Below are positions 1 to 15,000 of a stretch of 64,000 nucleotides of DNA, one piece after another; within the stretch, counting starts at the first letter, position 1; each line of letters begins with the position of its first letter. This DNA comes from Eledone cirrhosa. Taxonomy: Eukaryota. The DNA lies in contig OZ024748.1 of assembly GCA_964016885.1 (NCBI GenBank), positions 40,052,001-40,116,000 on the forward strand, written 5' to 3'. A program made the translations under genes and the position numbers. Below the pieces are notes generated by a model that was not told the DNA's origin, ran no database searches, and saw nothing but the letters and a program-made list of their open reading frames with translations.

Positions 1-3000
1 GACACTGTTTATTTTATTAACCCTATCATTACCATATTTCTAATGAAAGACACTGTCTATGTCATTAACCCTTTCATTACCATATTTCTAATGAAAGACA
101 CTGTCTATTTCATTAACCCTTTCATTACCATATTTCTAATGAAAGACACTGTCTATTTCATTAACCCTTTCATTACCATATTTCTAATGAAAGACACTGT
201 CTATTTCATTAACCCTTTCATTACCATATTTCTAATGAAAGACACTGTCTATTTCATTAACCTTTTCATTACCATATTTCTAATGAAAGACACTGTCTAT
301 GTCATTAACCCTTTCATTACCATATTTCTAATGAAAGACACTGCCAATGTCATTAACTTTTTCATTACCATATTTCTGACACTGTCTATGTCATTAACCC
401 TTTCATTACCATATTTCTAATGAAAGACACTGTCTATGTCATTAACCCTGTCATTACCATGTTTCTAATGAAAGACACTGCCGATGTCATTAACACATTC
501 ATTACCATATTTCTGACACTGTCTATTTCGTTAACCCTTTCATTACCATATTTCTAATGAAAGACACTGTCTATGTCATTAACCCTTTCATTACCATATT
601 TCTAATGAAAGTCACTGTCTATGTCATTAACCCTTTCATTACCATATTTTTAATGAAAGATACTGTCTATGTCATTGACCATTTCATTACCATATTTCTA
701 ATGAAAGACATTGTCTATGTCAATAACACATTCATTACCATATTTCTAATGAAAGACACTGCCTATGTCATTAACACTTTCATTACCATATTTCTAATGT
801 AAGACACTGTCTGTCATTAACCCTATCATTACTATATTTCTGATGAAAGACACTGCCTATGTCATTAACCCTTTCATTACCATATTTCTAATGAAAGACA
901 CTGTCTATGTCATTAACCCTTTATTATCATATTTCTAATGAAAGACACTGTCTATGTCATTAACCCTTTATTATCATATTTCTAATGAAAGACACTGTCT
1001 ATGTCATTAACCCTTTCATTAACATATTTCTCACAAAAGACTCTGCCTATGTCCATATTACCATATTTCTAATGAAAGACACTGTCTATGTCATTAACTC
1101 TTTCATTACTATATTTCTAATGAAAGACACTGTCTATTTCATTAACCCTTTCATTACCATATTTCTAATGAAAGACACTGCCAATGTCATTAACTTTTTC
1201 ATTACCATATTTCTGACACTGTCTATGTCATTAACCCTTTAATTATCATATGTCTAATAAAAGACACTGTTTATGTCATTAACCCTTTCATTACCATATT
1301 TCTAATGAAAGACACTGTCTATTTCATTAACCCTTTCATTACCATATTTCTAATGAAAGACACTGTCTATTTCATTAACCCTTTCATTACTATATTTCTA
1401 ATGAAAGACAATGTCTATTTCATTAACCCTTTCATTACCATATTTGTAATGAAAGACACTGTCTATTTCATTAACCCTTTCATTACCATATTTCTAATGA
1501 AAGACACTATTTATGTCATTAACTCTTTCATTACCATATTTCTAATGAAAGACACTGTCTATTTCATTAACCCTTTCATTACCATATTTCTAATGAAAGA
1601 CACTGCCAATGTCATTAACTTTTTCATTACCATATTTCTGACACTGTCTATGTCATTAACCCTTTCATTATCATATTTCTAATAAAAGACACTGTTTATG
1701 TCATTAACCCTTTCATTACCATGTTTCTAATGAAAACACTGTCTATGTCATTAACCATTTCATTACCATATTTCTAATGAAAGTCACTGTCTATCTCATT
1801 AACCCTTTCATTACCATATTTCTAATGAAAGACACTGTCTATGTCATTAACCCTTTCATTACCATATTTCTAATGAAAGACACTGTCTATGTCATTAACC
1901 CTTTCATTACCATATTTCTAATAAAAGTCACTGTCTATATCATTAACCCTTTCATTACCATATTTCTAATGAAAGACACTGTCTATATCATTAACCCTTT
2001 CATTACCATATTTCTAATGAAAGACACTGTCTATGCAATTAACCCTTTCATTAACATATTTCTCACAAAAGCCACTGTTTATGTCATTGACCATTTCATT
2101 ACCATATTTCTAATGAAAGACATTGTCTATGTCAATAACACATTCATTACCATATTTCTAATGAAAGATACTGCCTATGTCATTAACCCTTTCATTACCA
2201 TATTTCTAATGAAAGACACTGTCTATGTCATTTACCCTTTATTATCATATTTCTAATGAAAGACACTGTCTATGTCATTAACCCTTTATTATCATATTTC
2301 TAATGAAAGACACTGTCTATGTCATTAACCCTTTTATTAACATATTTCTTACAAAATACACTGCCTATGTCCATATTACCATATTTGTAATGAAAGACAC
2401 TGTCTATGTCATTAACTCTTTCATTACCATATTTCTAATGAAAGACACTGTCTATTTCATTAACCCTTTCATTACCATATTTCTAATGAAAGACACTGCC
2501 AATGTCATTAACTTTTTCATTACCATATTTCTGACACTGTCTATGTCATTAACCCTTTCATTATCATATTTCTAATAAAAGACACTGTTTATTTTATTAA
2601 CCCTATCATTACCATATTTCTAATGAAAGACACTGTCTATGTCATTAACCCTTTCATTACCATATTTCTAATGAAAGACACTGTCTATTTCATTAACCCT
2701 TTCATTACCATATTTCTAATGAAAGACACTGTCTATTTCATTAACCCTTTCATTACCATATTTCTAATGAAAGACACTGTCTATTTCATTAACCCTTTCA
2801 TTACCATATTTCTAATGAAAGACACTGTCTATGTCATTAACCCTTTCATTACCATATTTCTAATGAAAGACACTGTCTATGTCATTAACCCTGTCATTAC
2901 CATGTTTCTAATGAAAGACACTGCCGATGTCATTAACACATTCATTACCATATTTCTGACACTGTCTATTTCATTAACCCTTTCATTACCATATTTCTAA

Positions 3001-6000
3001 TGAAAGACACTGTCTATGTCATTAACCCTTTCATTACCATATTTCTAATGAAAGTCACTGTCTATGTCATTAACCCTTTCATTACCATATTTCTAATGAA
3101 AGATACTGTCTATGTCATTGACCATTTCATTACCATATTTCTAATGAAAGACATTGTCTATGTCAATAACACATTCATTACCATATTTCTAATGAAAGAC
3201 ACTGCCTATGTCATTAACACTTTCATTACCATATTTCTAATGTAAGACACTGTCTGTCATTAACCCTATCATTACTATATTTCTGATGAAAGACACTGCC
3301 TATGTCATTAACCCTTTCATTACCATATTTCTAATGAAAGACACTGTCTATGTCATTAACCCTTTATTATCATATTTCTAATGAAAGACACTGTCTATGT
3401 CATTAACCCTTTATTATCATATTTCTAATGAAAGACACTGTCTATGTCATTAACCCTTTCATTAACATATTTCTCACAAAAGACACTGCCTATGTCCATA
3501 TTACCATATTTCTAATGAAAGACACTGTCTATGTCATTAACTCTTTCATTACTATATTTCTAATGAAAGACACTGTCTATTTAATTAACCCTTTCATTAC
3601 CATATTTCTAATGAAAGACACTGCCAATGTCATTAACTTTTTCATTACCATATTTCTGACACTGTCTATGTCATTAACCCTTTAATTATCATATGTCTAA
3701 TAAAAGACACTGTTTATGTCATTAACCCTTTCATTACCATATTTCTAATGAAAGACACTGTCTATTTCCTTAACCCTTTCATTACCATATTTCTAATGAA
3801 AGACACTGTCTATTTCATTAACCCTTTCATTACTATATTTCTAATGAAAGACAATGTCTATTTCATTAACCCTTTCATTACCATATTTGTAATGAAAGAC
3901 ACTGTCTATTTCATTAACCCTTTCATTACCATATTTCTAATGAAAGACACTATTTATGTCATTAACTCTTTCATTACCATATTTCTAATGAAAGACACTG
4001 TCTATTTCATTAACCCTTTCATTACCATATTTCTAATGAAAGACACTGCCAATGTCATTAACTTTTTCATTACCATATTTCTGACACTGTCTATGTCATT
4101 AACCCTTTCATTATCATATTTCTAATAAAAGACACTGTTTATGTCATTAACCCTTTCATTACCATGTTTCTAATGAAAACACTGTCTATGTCATTAACCA
4201 TTTCATTACCATATTTCTAATGAAAGTCACTGTCTATCTCATGAACCCTTTCATTACCATATTTCTAATGAAAGACACTGTCTATGTCATTAACCCTTTC
4301 ATTACCATATTTCTAATAAAAGTCACTGTCTATATCATTAACCCTTTCATTACCATATTTCTAATTATAGACACTGTCTATATCATTAACCCTTTCATTA
4401 CCATATTTCTAATGAAAGACACTGTCTATGCAATTAACCCTTTCATTAACATATTTCTCACAAAAGCCACTGTTTATGTCATTGACCATTTCATTACCAT
4501 ATTTCTAATGAAAGACATTGTCTATGTCAATAACACATTCATTACCATATTTCTAATGAAAGACACTGCCTATGTCATTAACCCTTTCATTACCATATTT
4601 CTAATGAAAGACACTGTCTATGTCATTTACCCTTTATTATCATATTTCTAATGAAAGACACTGTCTATGTCATTAACCCTTTATTATCATATTTCTAATG
4701 AAAGACACTGTCTATGTCATTAACCCTTTTATTAACATATTTCTCACAAAATACACTGCCTATGTCCATATTACCATATTTGTAATGAAAGACACTGTCT
4801 ATGTCATTAACTCTTTCATTACCATATTTCTAATGAAAGACACTGTCTATTTCATTAACCCTTTCATTACCATATTTCTAATGAAAGACACTGCCAATGT
4901 CATTAACTTTTTCATTACCATATTTCTGACACTGTCTATGTCATTAACCCTTTCATTATCATATTTCTAATAAAAGACACTGTTTATTTTATTAACCCTA
5001 TCATTACCATATTTCTAATGAAAGACACTGTCTATGTCATTAACCCTTTCATTACCATATTTCTAATGAAAGACACTGTCTATTTCATTAACCCTTTCAT
5101 TACCATATTTCTAATGAAAGACACTGTCTATGTCATTAACCCTTTCATTACCATATTTCTAATGAAAGACACTGTCTATTTCATTAACCCTTTCATTACC
5201 ATATTTCTAATGAAAGACACTGTCTATTTCATTAACCCTTTCATTACCATATTTCTAATGAAAGACACTGTCTATTTCATTAACCCTTTCATTACCATAT
5301 TTCTAATGAAAGACACTGTCTATTTCATTAACCCTTTCATTACTATATTTCTAATGAAAGACAATGTCTATTTCATTAACCCTTTCATTACCATATTTGT
5401 AATGAAAGACACTGTCTATTTCATTAACCCTTTCATTACCATATTTCTAATGAAAGACACTATTTATGTCATTAACTCTTTCATTACCATATTTCTAATG
5501 AAAGACACTGTCTATTTCATTAACCCTTTCATTACCATATTTCTAATGAAAGACACTGCCAATGTCATTAACTTTTTCATTACCATATTTCTGACACTGT
5601 CTATGTCATTAACCCTTTCATTATCATATTTCTAATAAAAGACACTGTTTATGTCATTAACCCTTTCATTACCATGTTTCTAATGAAAACACTGTCTATG
5701 TCATTAACCATTTCATTACCATATTTCTAATGAAAGTCACTGTCTATCTCATTAACCCTTTCATTACCATATTTCTAATGAAAGACACTGTCTATGTCAT
5801 TAACCCTTTCATTACCATATTTCTAATGAAAGACACTGTCTATGTCATTAACCCTTTCATTACCATATTTCTAATAAAAGTCACTGTCTATATCATTAAC
5901 CCTTTCATTACCATATTTCTAATGAAAGACACTGTCTATATCATTAACCCTTTCATTACCATATTTCTAATGAAAGACACTGTCTATGCAATTAACCCTT

Positions 6001-9000
6001 TCATTAACATATTTCTCACAAAAGCCACTGTTTATGTCATTGACCATTTCATTACCATATTTCTAATGAAAGACATTGTCTATGTCAATAACACATTCAT
6101 TACCATATTTCTAATGAAAGATACTGCCTATGTCATTAACCCTTTCATTACCATATTTCTAATGAAAGACACTGTCTATGTCATTTACCCTTTATTATCA
6201 TATTTCTAATGAAAGACACTGTCTATGTCATTAACCCTTTATTATCATATTTCTAATGAAAGACACTGTCTATGTCATTAACCCTTTTATTAACATATTT
6301 CTCACAAAATACACTGCCTATGTCCATATTACCATATTTGTAATGAAAGACACTGTCTATGTCATTAACTCTTTCATTACCATATTTCTAATGAAAGACA
6401 CTGTCTATTTCATTAACCCTTTCATTACCATATTTCTAATGAAAGACACTGCCAATGTCATTAACTTTTTCATTACCATATTTCTGACACTGTCTATGTC
6501 ATTAACCCTTTCATTATCATATTTCTAATAAAAGACACTGTTTATTTTATTAACCCTATCATTACCATATTTCTAATGAAAGACACTGTCTATGTCATTA
6601 ACCCTTTCATTACCATATTTCTAATGAAAGACACTGTCTATTTCATTAACCCTTTCATTACCATATTTCTAATGAAAGACACTGTCTATTTCATTAACCC
6701 TTTCATTACCATATTTCTAATGAAAGACACTGTCTATTTCATTAACCCTTTCATTACCATATTTCTAATGAAAGACACTGTCTATTTCATTAACCTTTTC
6801 ATTACCATATTTCTAATGAAAGACACTGTCTATGTCATTAACCCTTTCATTACCATATTTCTAATGAAAGACACTGCCAATGTCATTAACTTTTTCATTA
6901 CCATATTTCTGACACTGTCTATGTCATTAACCCTTTCATTACCATATTTCTAATGAAAGACACTGTCTATGTCATTAACCCTGTCATTACCATGTTTCTA
7001 ATGAAAGACACTGCCGATGTCATTAACACATTCATTACCATATTTCTGACACTGTCTATTTCATTAACCCTTTCATTACCATATTTCTAATGAAAGACAC
7101 TGTCTATGTCATTAACCCTTTCATTACCATATTTCTAATGAAAGATACTGTCTATGTCATTGACCATTTCATTACCATATTTCTAATGAAAGACATTGTC
7201 TATGTCAATAACACATTCATTACCATATTTCTAATGAAAGACACTGCCTATGTCATTAACACTTTCATTACCATATTTCTAATGTAAGACACTGTCTGTC
7301 ATTAACCCTATCATTACTATATTTCTGATGAAAGACACTGCCTATGTCATTAACCCTTTCATTACCATATTTCTAATGAAAGACACTGTCTATGTCATTA
7401 ACCCTTTATTATCATATTTCTAATGAAAGACACTGTCTATGTCATTAACCCTTTATTATCATATTTCTAATGAAAGACACTGTCTATGTCATTAACCCTT
7501 TCATTAACATATTTCTCACAAAAGACACTGCCTATGTCCATATTACCATATTTCTAATGAAAGACACTGTCTATGTCATTAACTCTTTCATTACTATATT
7601 TCTAATGAAAGACACTGTCTATTTAATTAACCCTTTCATTACCATATTTCTAATGAAAGACACTGCCAATGTCATTAACTTTTTCATTACCATATTTCTG
7701 ACACTGTCTATGTCATTAACCCTTTAATTATCATATGTCTAATAAAAGACACTGTTTATGTCATTAACCCTTTCATTACCATATTTCTAATGAAAGACAC
7801 TGTCTATTTCCTTAACCCTTTCATTACCATATTTCTAATGAAAGACACTGTCTATTTCATTAACCCTTTCATTACTATATTTCTAATGAAAGACAATGTC
7901 TATTTCATTAACCCTTTCATTACCATATTTGTAATGAAAGACACTGTCTATTTCATTAACCCTTTCATTACCATATTTCTAATGAAAGACACTATTTATG
8001 TCATTAACTCTTTCATTACCATATTTCTAATGAAAGACACTGTCTATTTCATTAACCCTTTCATTACCATATTTCTAATGAAAGACACTGCCAATGTCAT
8101 TAACTTTTTCATTACCATATTTCTGACACTGTCTATGTCATTAACCCTTTCATTATCATATTTCTAATAAAAGACACTGTTTATGTCATTAACCCTTTCA
8201 TTACCATGTTTCTAATGAAAACACTGTCTATGTCATTAACCATTTCATTACCATATTTCTAATGAAAGTCACTGTCTATCTCATTAACCCTTTCATTACC
8301 ATATTTCTAATGAAAGACACTGTCTATGTCATTAACCCTATCATTACCATATTTCTAATAAAAGTCACTGTCTATATCATTAACCCTTTCATTACCATAT
8401 TTCTAATTATAGACACTGTCTATATCATTAACCCTTTCATTACCATATTTCTAATGAAAGACACTGTCTATGCAATTAACCCTTTCATTAACATATTTCT
8501 CACAAAAGCCACTGTTTATGTCATTGACCATTTCATTACCATATTTCTAATGAAAGACATTGTCTATGTCAATAACACATTCATTACCATATTTCTAATG
8601 AAAGACACTGCCTATGTCATTAACCCTTTCATTACCATATTTCTAATGAAAGACACTGTCTATGTCATTTACCCTTTATTATCATATTTCTAATGAAAGA
8701 CACTGTCTATGTCATTAACCCTTTATTATCATATTTCTAATGAAAGACACTGTCTATGTCATTAACCCTTTTATTAACATATTTCTCACAAAATACACTG
8801 CCTATGTTCATATTACCATATTTGTAATGAAAGACACTGTCTATGTCATTAACTCTTTCATTACCATATTTCTAATGAAAGACACTGTCTATTTCATTAA
8901 CCCTTTCATTGCCATATTTCTAATGAAAGACACTGCCAATGTCATTAACTTTTTCATTACCATATTTCTGACACTGTCTATGTCATTAACCCTTTCATTA

Positions 9001-12000
9001 TCATATTTCTAATAAAAGACACTGTTTATTTTATTAACCCTATCATTACCATATTTCTAATGAAAGACACTGTCTATGTCATTAACCCTTTCATTACCAT
9101 ATTTCTAATGAAAGACACTGTCTATTTCATTAACCCTTTCATTACCATATTTCTAATGAAAGACACTGTCTATGTCATTAACCCTTTCATTACCATATTT
9201 CTAATGAAAGACACTGTCTATTTCATTAACCCTTTCATTACCATATTTCTAATGAAAGACACTGTCTATTTCATTAACCCTTTCATTACCATATTTCTAA
9301 TGAAAGACACTGTCTATTTCATTAACCTTTTCATTACCATATTTCTAATGAAAGACACTGTCTATGTCATTAACCCTTTCATTACCATATTTCTAATGAA
9401 AGACACTGTCTATGTCATTAACCCTTTCATTACCATATATCTAATGAAAGTCACTGTCTATGTCATTAACCCTTTCATTACCATATTTCTAATGAAAGTC
9501 ACTGTCTATGTCATTAACCCTTTATTATCATATTTCTCACAAAATACACTGCCTATGTCCATATTACCATATTTCTAATGAAAGACACTGTCTATGTCAT
9601 TAACTCTTTCATTACCATATTTCTAATGAAAGACACTGTCTATTTCATTAACCCTTTCATTACCATATTTCTAATGAAAGACACTGCCAATGTCATTAAC
9701 TTTTTCATTACCATATTTCTGACACTGTCTATGTCATTAACCCTTTCATTATCATATTTCTAATAAAAGACACTGTTTATTTTATTAACCCTATCATTAC
9801 CATATTTCTAATGAAAGACACTGTCTATGTCATTAACCCTTTCATTACCATATTTCTAATGAAAGACACTGTCTATTTCATTAACCCTTTCATTACCATA
9901 TTTCTAATGAAAGACACTGTCTATTTCATTAACCCTTTCATTACCATATTTCTAATGAAAGACACTGTCTATTTCATTAACCCTTTCATTACCATATTTC
10001 TAATGAAAGACACTGTCTATTTCATTAACCCTTTCATTACCATATTTCTAATGAAAGACACTGTCTATTTCATTAACCCTTTCATTACCATATTTCTAAT
10101 GAAAGACACTGTCTATTTCATTAACCTTTTCATTACCATATTTCTAATGAAAGACACTGTCTATGTCATTAACCCTTTCATTACCATATTTCTAATGAAA
10201 GACACTGTCTATGTCATTAACCCTTTCATTACCATATTTCTAATGAAAGACACTGTCTATTTCATTAACCTTTTCATTACCATATTTCTAATGAAAGACA
10301 CTGTCTATGTCATTAACCCTTTCATTACCATATTTCTAATGAAAGACACTGTCTATGTCATTAACCCTTTCATTACCATATTTCTAATGAAAGTCACTGT
10401 CTATGTCATTAACCCTTTCATTACCATATTTCTAATGAAAGTCACTGTCTATGTCATTAACCCTTTCATTACCATATTTCTAATGAAAGACACTGTCTAT
10501 GTCATTAACCCTTTCATTACAATATTTCTAATGAAAGTCACTGTCTATGTGATTAACCCTGTCATTGCCATATTTCTAATGAAAGTCACTGTCTATGTCA
10601 TTAATCCTTTCATTACCATATTTCTAATGAAAGTCACTGTCTATGTCATTAACCCTTTCATTATCATATGTCTAATAAAAGACACTGTTTATGTCATTAA
10701 CCCTTTCATTACCATATTTCTAATGAAAGTCACTGTCTATGTCATTAAGCTTTCATTACCATATTTCTAATGAAAGTCACTGTCTATGTCATTAACCCTT
10801 TCATTATCATATTTCTAATGAAAGTCACTGTCTATGTCATTAACCCTTTCATTACCATATTTCTAATGAAAGATACTGTCTATGTCATTAACCCTTTCAT
10901 TACCATATTTCTAATGAAAGTCACTGTCTATTTGATTAACCCTTTCATTACCATATTTCTAATGAAAGTCACTGTCTATGTCATTAACCCTTTCATTACC
11001 ATATTTCTAATGAAAGACACTGTCTATGTCATTAACCCTTTCATTACCATATTTCTAATGAAAGACACTGTCTATGTCATTAACCCTTTCATTACCATAT
11101 TTCTAATAAAAGTCACTGTCTATATCATTAACCCTTTCATTACCATATTTCTAATGAAAGACACTGTCTATATCATTAACCCTTTCATTACCATATTTCT
11201 AATGAAAGACACTGTCTATGCAATTAACCCTTTCATTAACATATTTCTCACAAAAGCCACTGTTTATGTCATTGACCATTTCATTACCATATTTCTAATG
11301 AAAGACATTGTCTATGTCAATAACACATTCATTACCATATTTCTAATGTAAGACACTGTCTGTCATTAACCCTGTCATTACTATATTTCTAATGAAAGAC
11401 ACTGCCTATGTCATTAACCCTTTCATTACCATATTTCTAATGAAAGACACTGTCTATGTCATTAACCCTTTATTATCATATTTCTAATGAAAGACACTGT
11501 CTATGTCATTAACCCTTTATTATCATATTTCTAATGAAAGACACTGTCTATGTCATTAACCCTTTCATTAACATATTTCTCACAAACAAAACTGCCTATG
11601 TCCATATTACCATATTTCTAATTAAAGACACTGTCTATGTCATTAACTCTTTCATTACCATATTTCTAATGAAAGACACTGTCTATTTCATTAACCCTTT
11701 CATTACCATATTTCTAATGAAAGACACTGCCAATGTCATTAACTTTTTCATTACCATATTTCTGACACTCTCTATGTCATTAACCCTTTCATTATCATAT
11801 TTCTAATAAAAGACACTGTTTATGTCATTAACCCTGTCATTACCATATTTCTAATGAAAGACACTGTCTATGTCATTAACCCTGTCATTACCATGTTTCT
11901 AATGAAAGACACTGCCGATGTCATTAACCCTTTCATTACCATATTTCTGACACGTCTATTTCATTAACCCTTTCATTACCATATTTCTAATGAAAGACAC

Positions 12001-15000
12001 TGTCTATTTCATTAACCCTTTCATTACCATATTTCTAATGAAAGTCACTGTCTATTTCATTAACCCTTTCATTACCATATTTCTAAAGAAAGACACTGTC
12101 TATTTCATTAACCCTTTCATTACCATATTTCTAATGAAAGACACTGTCTATGTCAATAACACTTTCATTACCATATTTCTAATGAAAGTCACTATCTATT
12201 TCATTAACCCTTTCATTACCATATTTCTAAAGAAAGACACTGTCTATTTCATTAACCCTTTCATTACCATATTTCTACTGAAAGACACTGTCTATTTCAT
12301 TAACCCTTTCATTACCATATTTCTAAAGAAAGTCACTGTCTATTTCATTAACCCTTTCATTACCATATTTCTAAAGAAAGACACTGTCTATTTCATTAAC
12401 CCTTTCATTACCATATTTCTAATGAAAGTCACTGTCTATTTCATTAACCCTTTCATTACCATATTTCTAAAGAAAGACACTGTCTATTTCATTAACCCTT
12501 TCATTTCCATATTTCTAATGAAAGTCACTGTCTATGTCATTAACCCTTTCATTACCATATTTCTAATGAAAGACACTGTCTATGTCATTAACCCTTTCAT
12601 TACCATATTTCTAATGAAAGTCACTGTCTATGTCATTAACCCTTTCATTACCATATTTCTAATGAAAGTCACTGTCTATGTCATTAACCCTTTCATTTCC
12701 ATATTTCTAATGAAAGTCACTGTCTATGTCATTAACCCTTTCATTACCATATTTCTAATGAAAGACACTGTCTATGTCATTAACCCTTTCATTACCATAT
12801 TTCTAATGAAAACACTGTCTATGTCATTAACCCTTTCATTACCATATTTCTAATGAAAGTCACAGTCTATGTCATTAACCCTTTCATTACCATATTTCTA
12901 ATGAAAGTCACAGTCTATGTCATTAACCCTTTCATTACCATATTTCTAATGAAAGTCACTGTCTATGTCATTAACCCTTTCATTACCATATTTCTAATGA
13001 AAGTCACTGTGTATTTCATTAACCCTTTCATTACCATATTTCTAATGAAAGTCACTGTCTATTTCATTAACCCTTTCATTACCATATTTCTAATGAAAGA
13101 CACTGTCTATGTCATTAACCATTTCATTACCATATTTCTAATGAAAGTCACTGTCTATGTCATTAAACCTTTCATTAACATATTTCTAATGAAAGTCACT
13201 GTCTATTTCATTAACCCTTTCATTACCATATTTCTAATGAAAGACACTGTCTATGTCATTAACCCTTTCATTACAATATTTCTAATGAAAGTCACTGTCT
13301 ATGTGATTAACCCTGTCATTACCATATTTCTAATGAAAGTCACTGTCTATGTCATTAAACCTTTCATTAACATATTTCTAATGAAAGTCACTGTCTATTT
13401 CATTAACCCTTTCATTACCATATTTCTAATGAAAGACACTGTCTATGTCATTAACCCTTTCATTACAATATTTCTAATGAAAGTCACTGTCTATGTGATT
13501 AACCCTGTCATTACCATATTTCTAATGAAAGTCACTGTCTATGTCATTAACCCTTTCATTACAATATTTCTAATGAAAGTCACTGTCTATGTGATTAACC
13601 CTTTCATTACCATATTTCTAATGAAAGTCACTGTCTATGTCATTAATCCTTTCATTACCATATTTCTAATGGAAGTCACTGTCTATGTCATTAACCCTTT
13701 CATTACCATATTTCTAATGAAAGACACTGTCTATGTCATTAACCCTTTCATTACCATATTTCTAATGAAAGTCACTGTCTATGTCATTAAGCTTTCATTA
13801 CCATATTTCTAATGAAAGTCACTGTCTATGTCATTAACCCTTTCATTACCATATTTCTAATGAAAGTCACTGTCTATGTCATTAACCCTTTCATTACCAT
13901 ATTTCTAATGAAAGATACTGTCTATGTCATTAACCCTTTCATTACCATATTTCTAATGAAAGTCACTGTCTATTTGATTAACCCTTTCATTACCATATTT
14001 CTAATGAAAGTCACTCTCTATGTCATTAACCCTTTCATTACCATATTTCTAATGAAAGACACTGTCTATGTCATTAACCCTTTCATTACCATATTTCTAA
14101 TGAAAGACACTGTCTATGTCATTAACCCTTTCATTACCATATTTTTAATAAAAGTCACTGTCTATATCATTAACTCTTTCATTACCATATTTCTAATGAA
14201 AGACACTGTCTATGCAATTAACCCTTTCATTAACATATTTCTCACAAAAGCCACTGTTTATGTCATTGACCATTTCATTACCATATTTCTAATGAAAGAC
14301 ATTGTCTATGTCAATAACACATTCATTACCATATTTCTAATGTAAGACACTGTCTGTCATTAACCCTGTCATTACTATATTTCTAATGAAAGACACTGCC
14401 TATGTCATTAACCCTTTCATTACCATATTTCTAATGAAAGACACTGTCTATGTCATTAACCCTTTATTATCATATTTCTAATGAAAGACACTGTCTATGT
14501 CATTAACCCTTTATTATCATATTTCTAATGAAAGACACTGTCTATGTCATTAACCCTTTCATTAACATATTTCTCACAAACAAAACTGCCTATGTCCATA
14601 TTACCATATTTCTAATTAAAGACACTGTCTATGTCATTAACTCTTTCATTACCATATTTCTAATGAAAGACACTGTCTATTTCATTAACCCTTTCATTAC
14701 CATATTTCTAATGAAAGACACTGCCAATGTCATTAACTTTTTCATTACCATATTTCTGACACTGTCTATTTCATTAACCCTTTCATTACCATATTTCTAA
14801 TGAAAGACACTGTCTATTTCATTAACCCTTTCATTACCATATTTCTAATGAAAGACACTGTCTATTTCATTAACCCTTTCATTACCATATTTCTAATAAA
14901 AGACACTGTCTATTTCATTAACCCTTTCATTACCATATTTCTAATGAAAGACACTGTCTATGTCATTAAACCTTTCATTACCATATTTCTAATGAAAGAC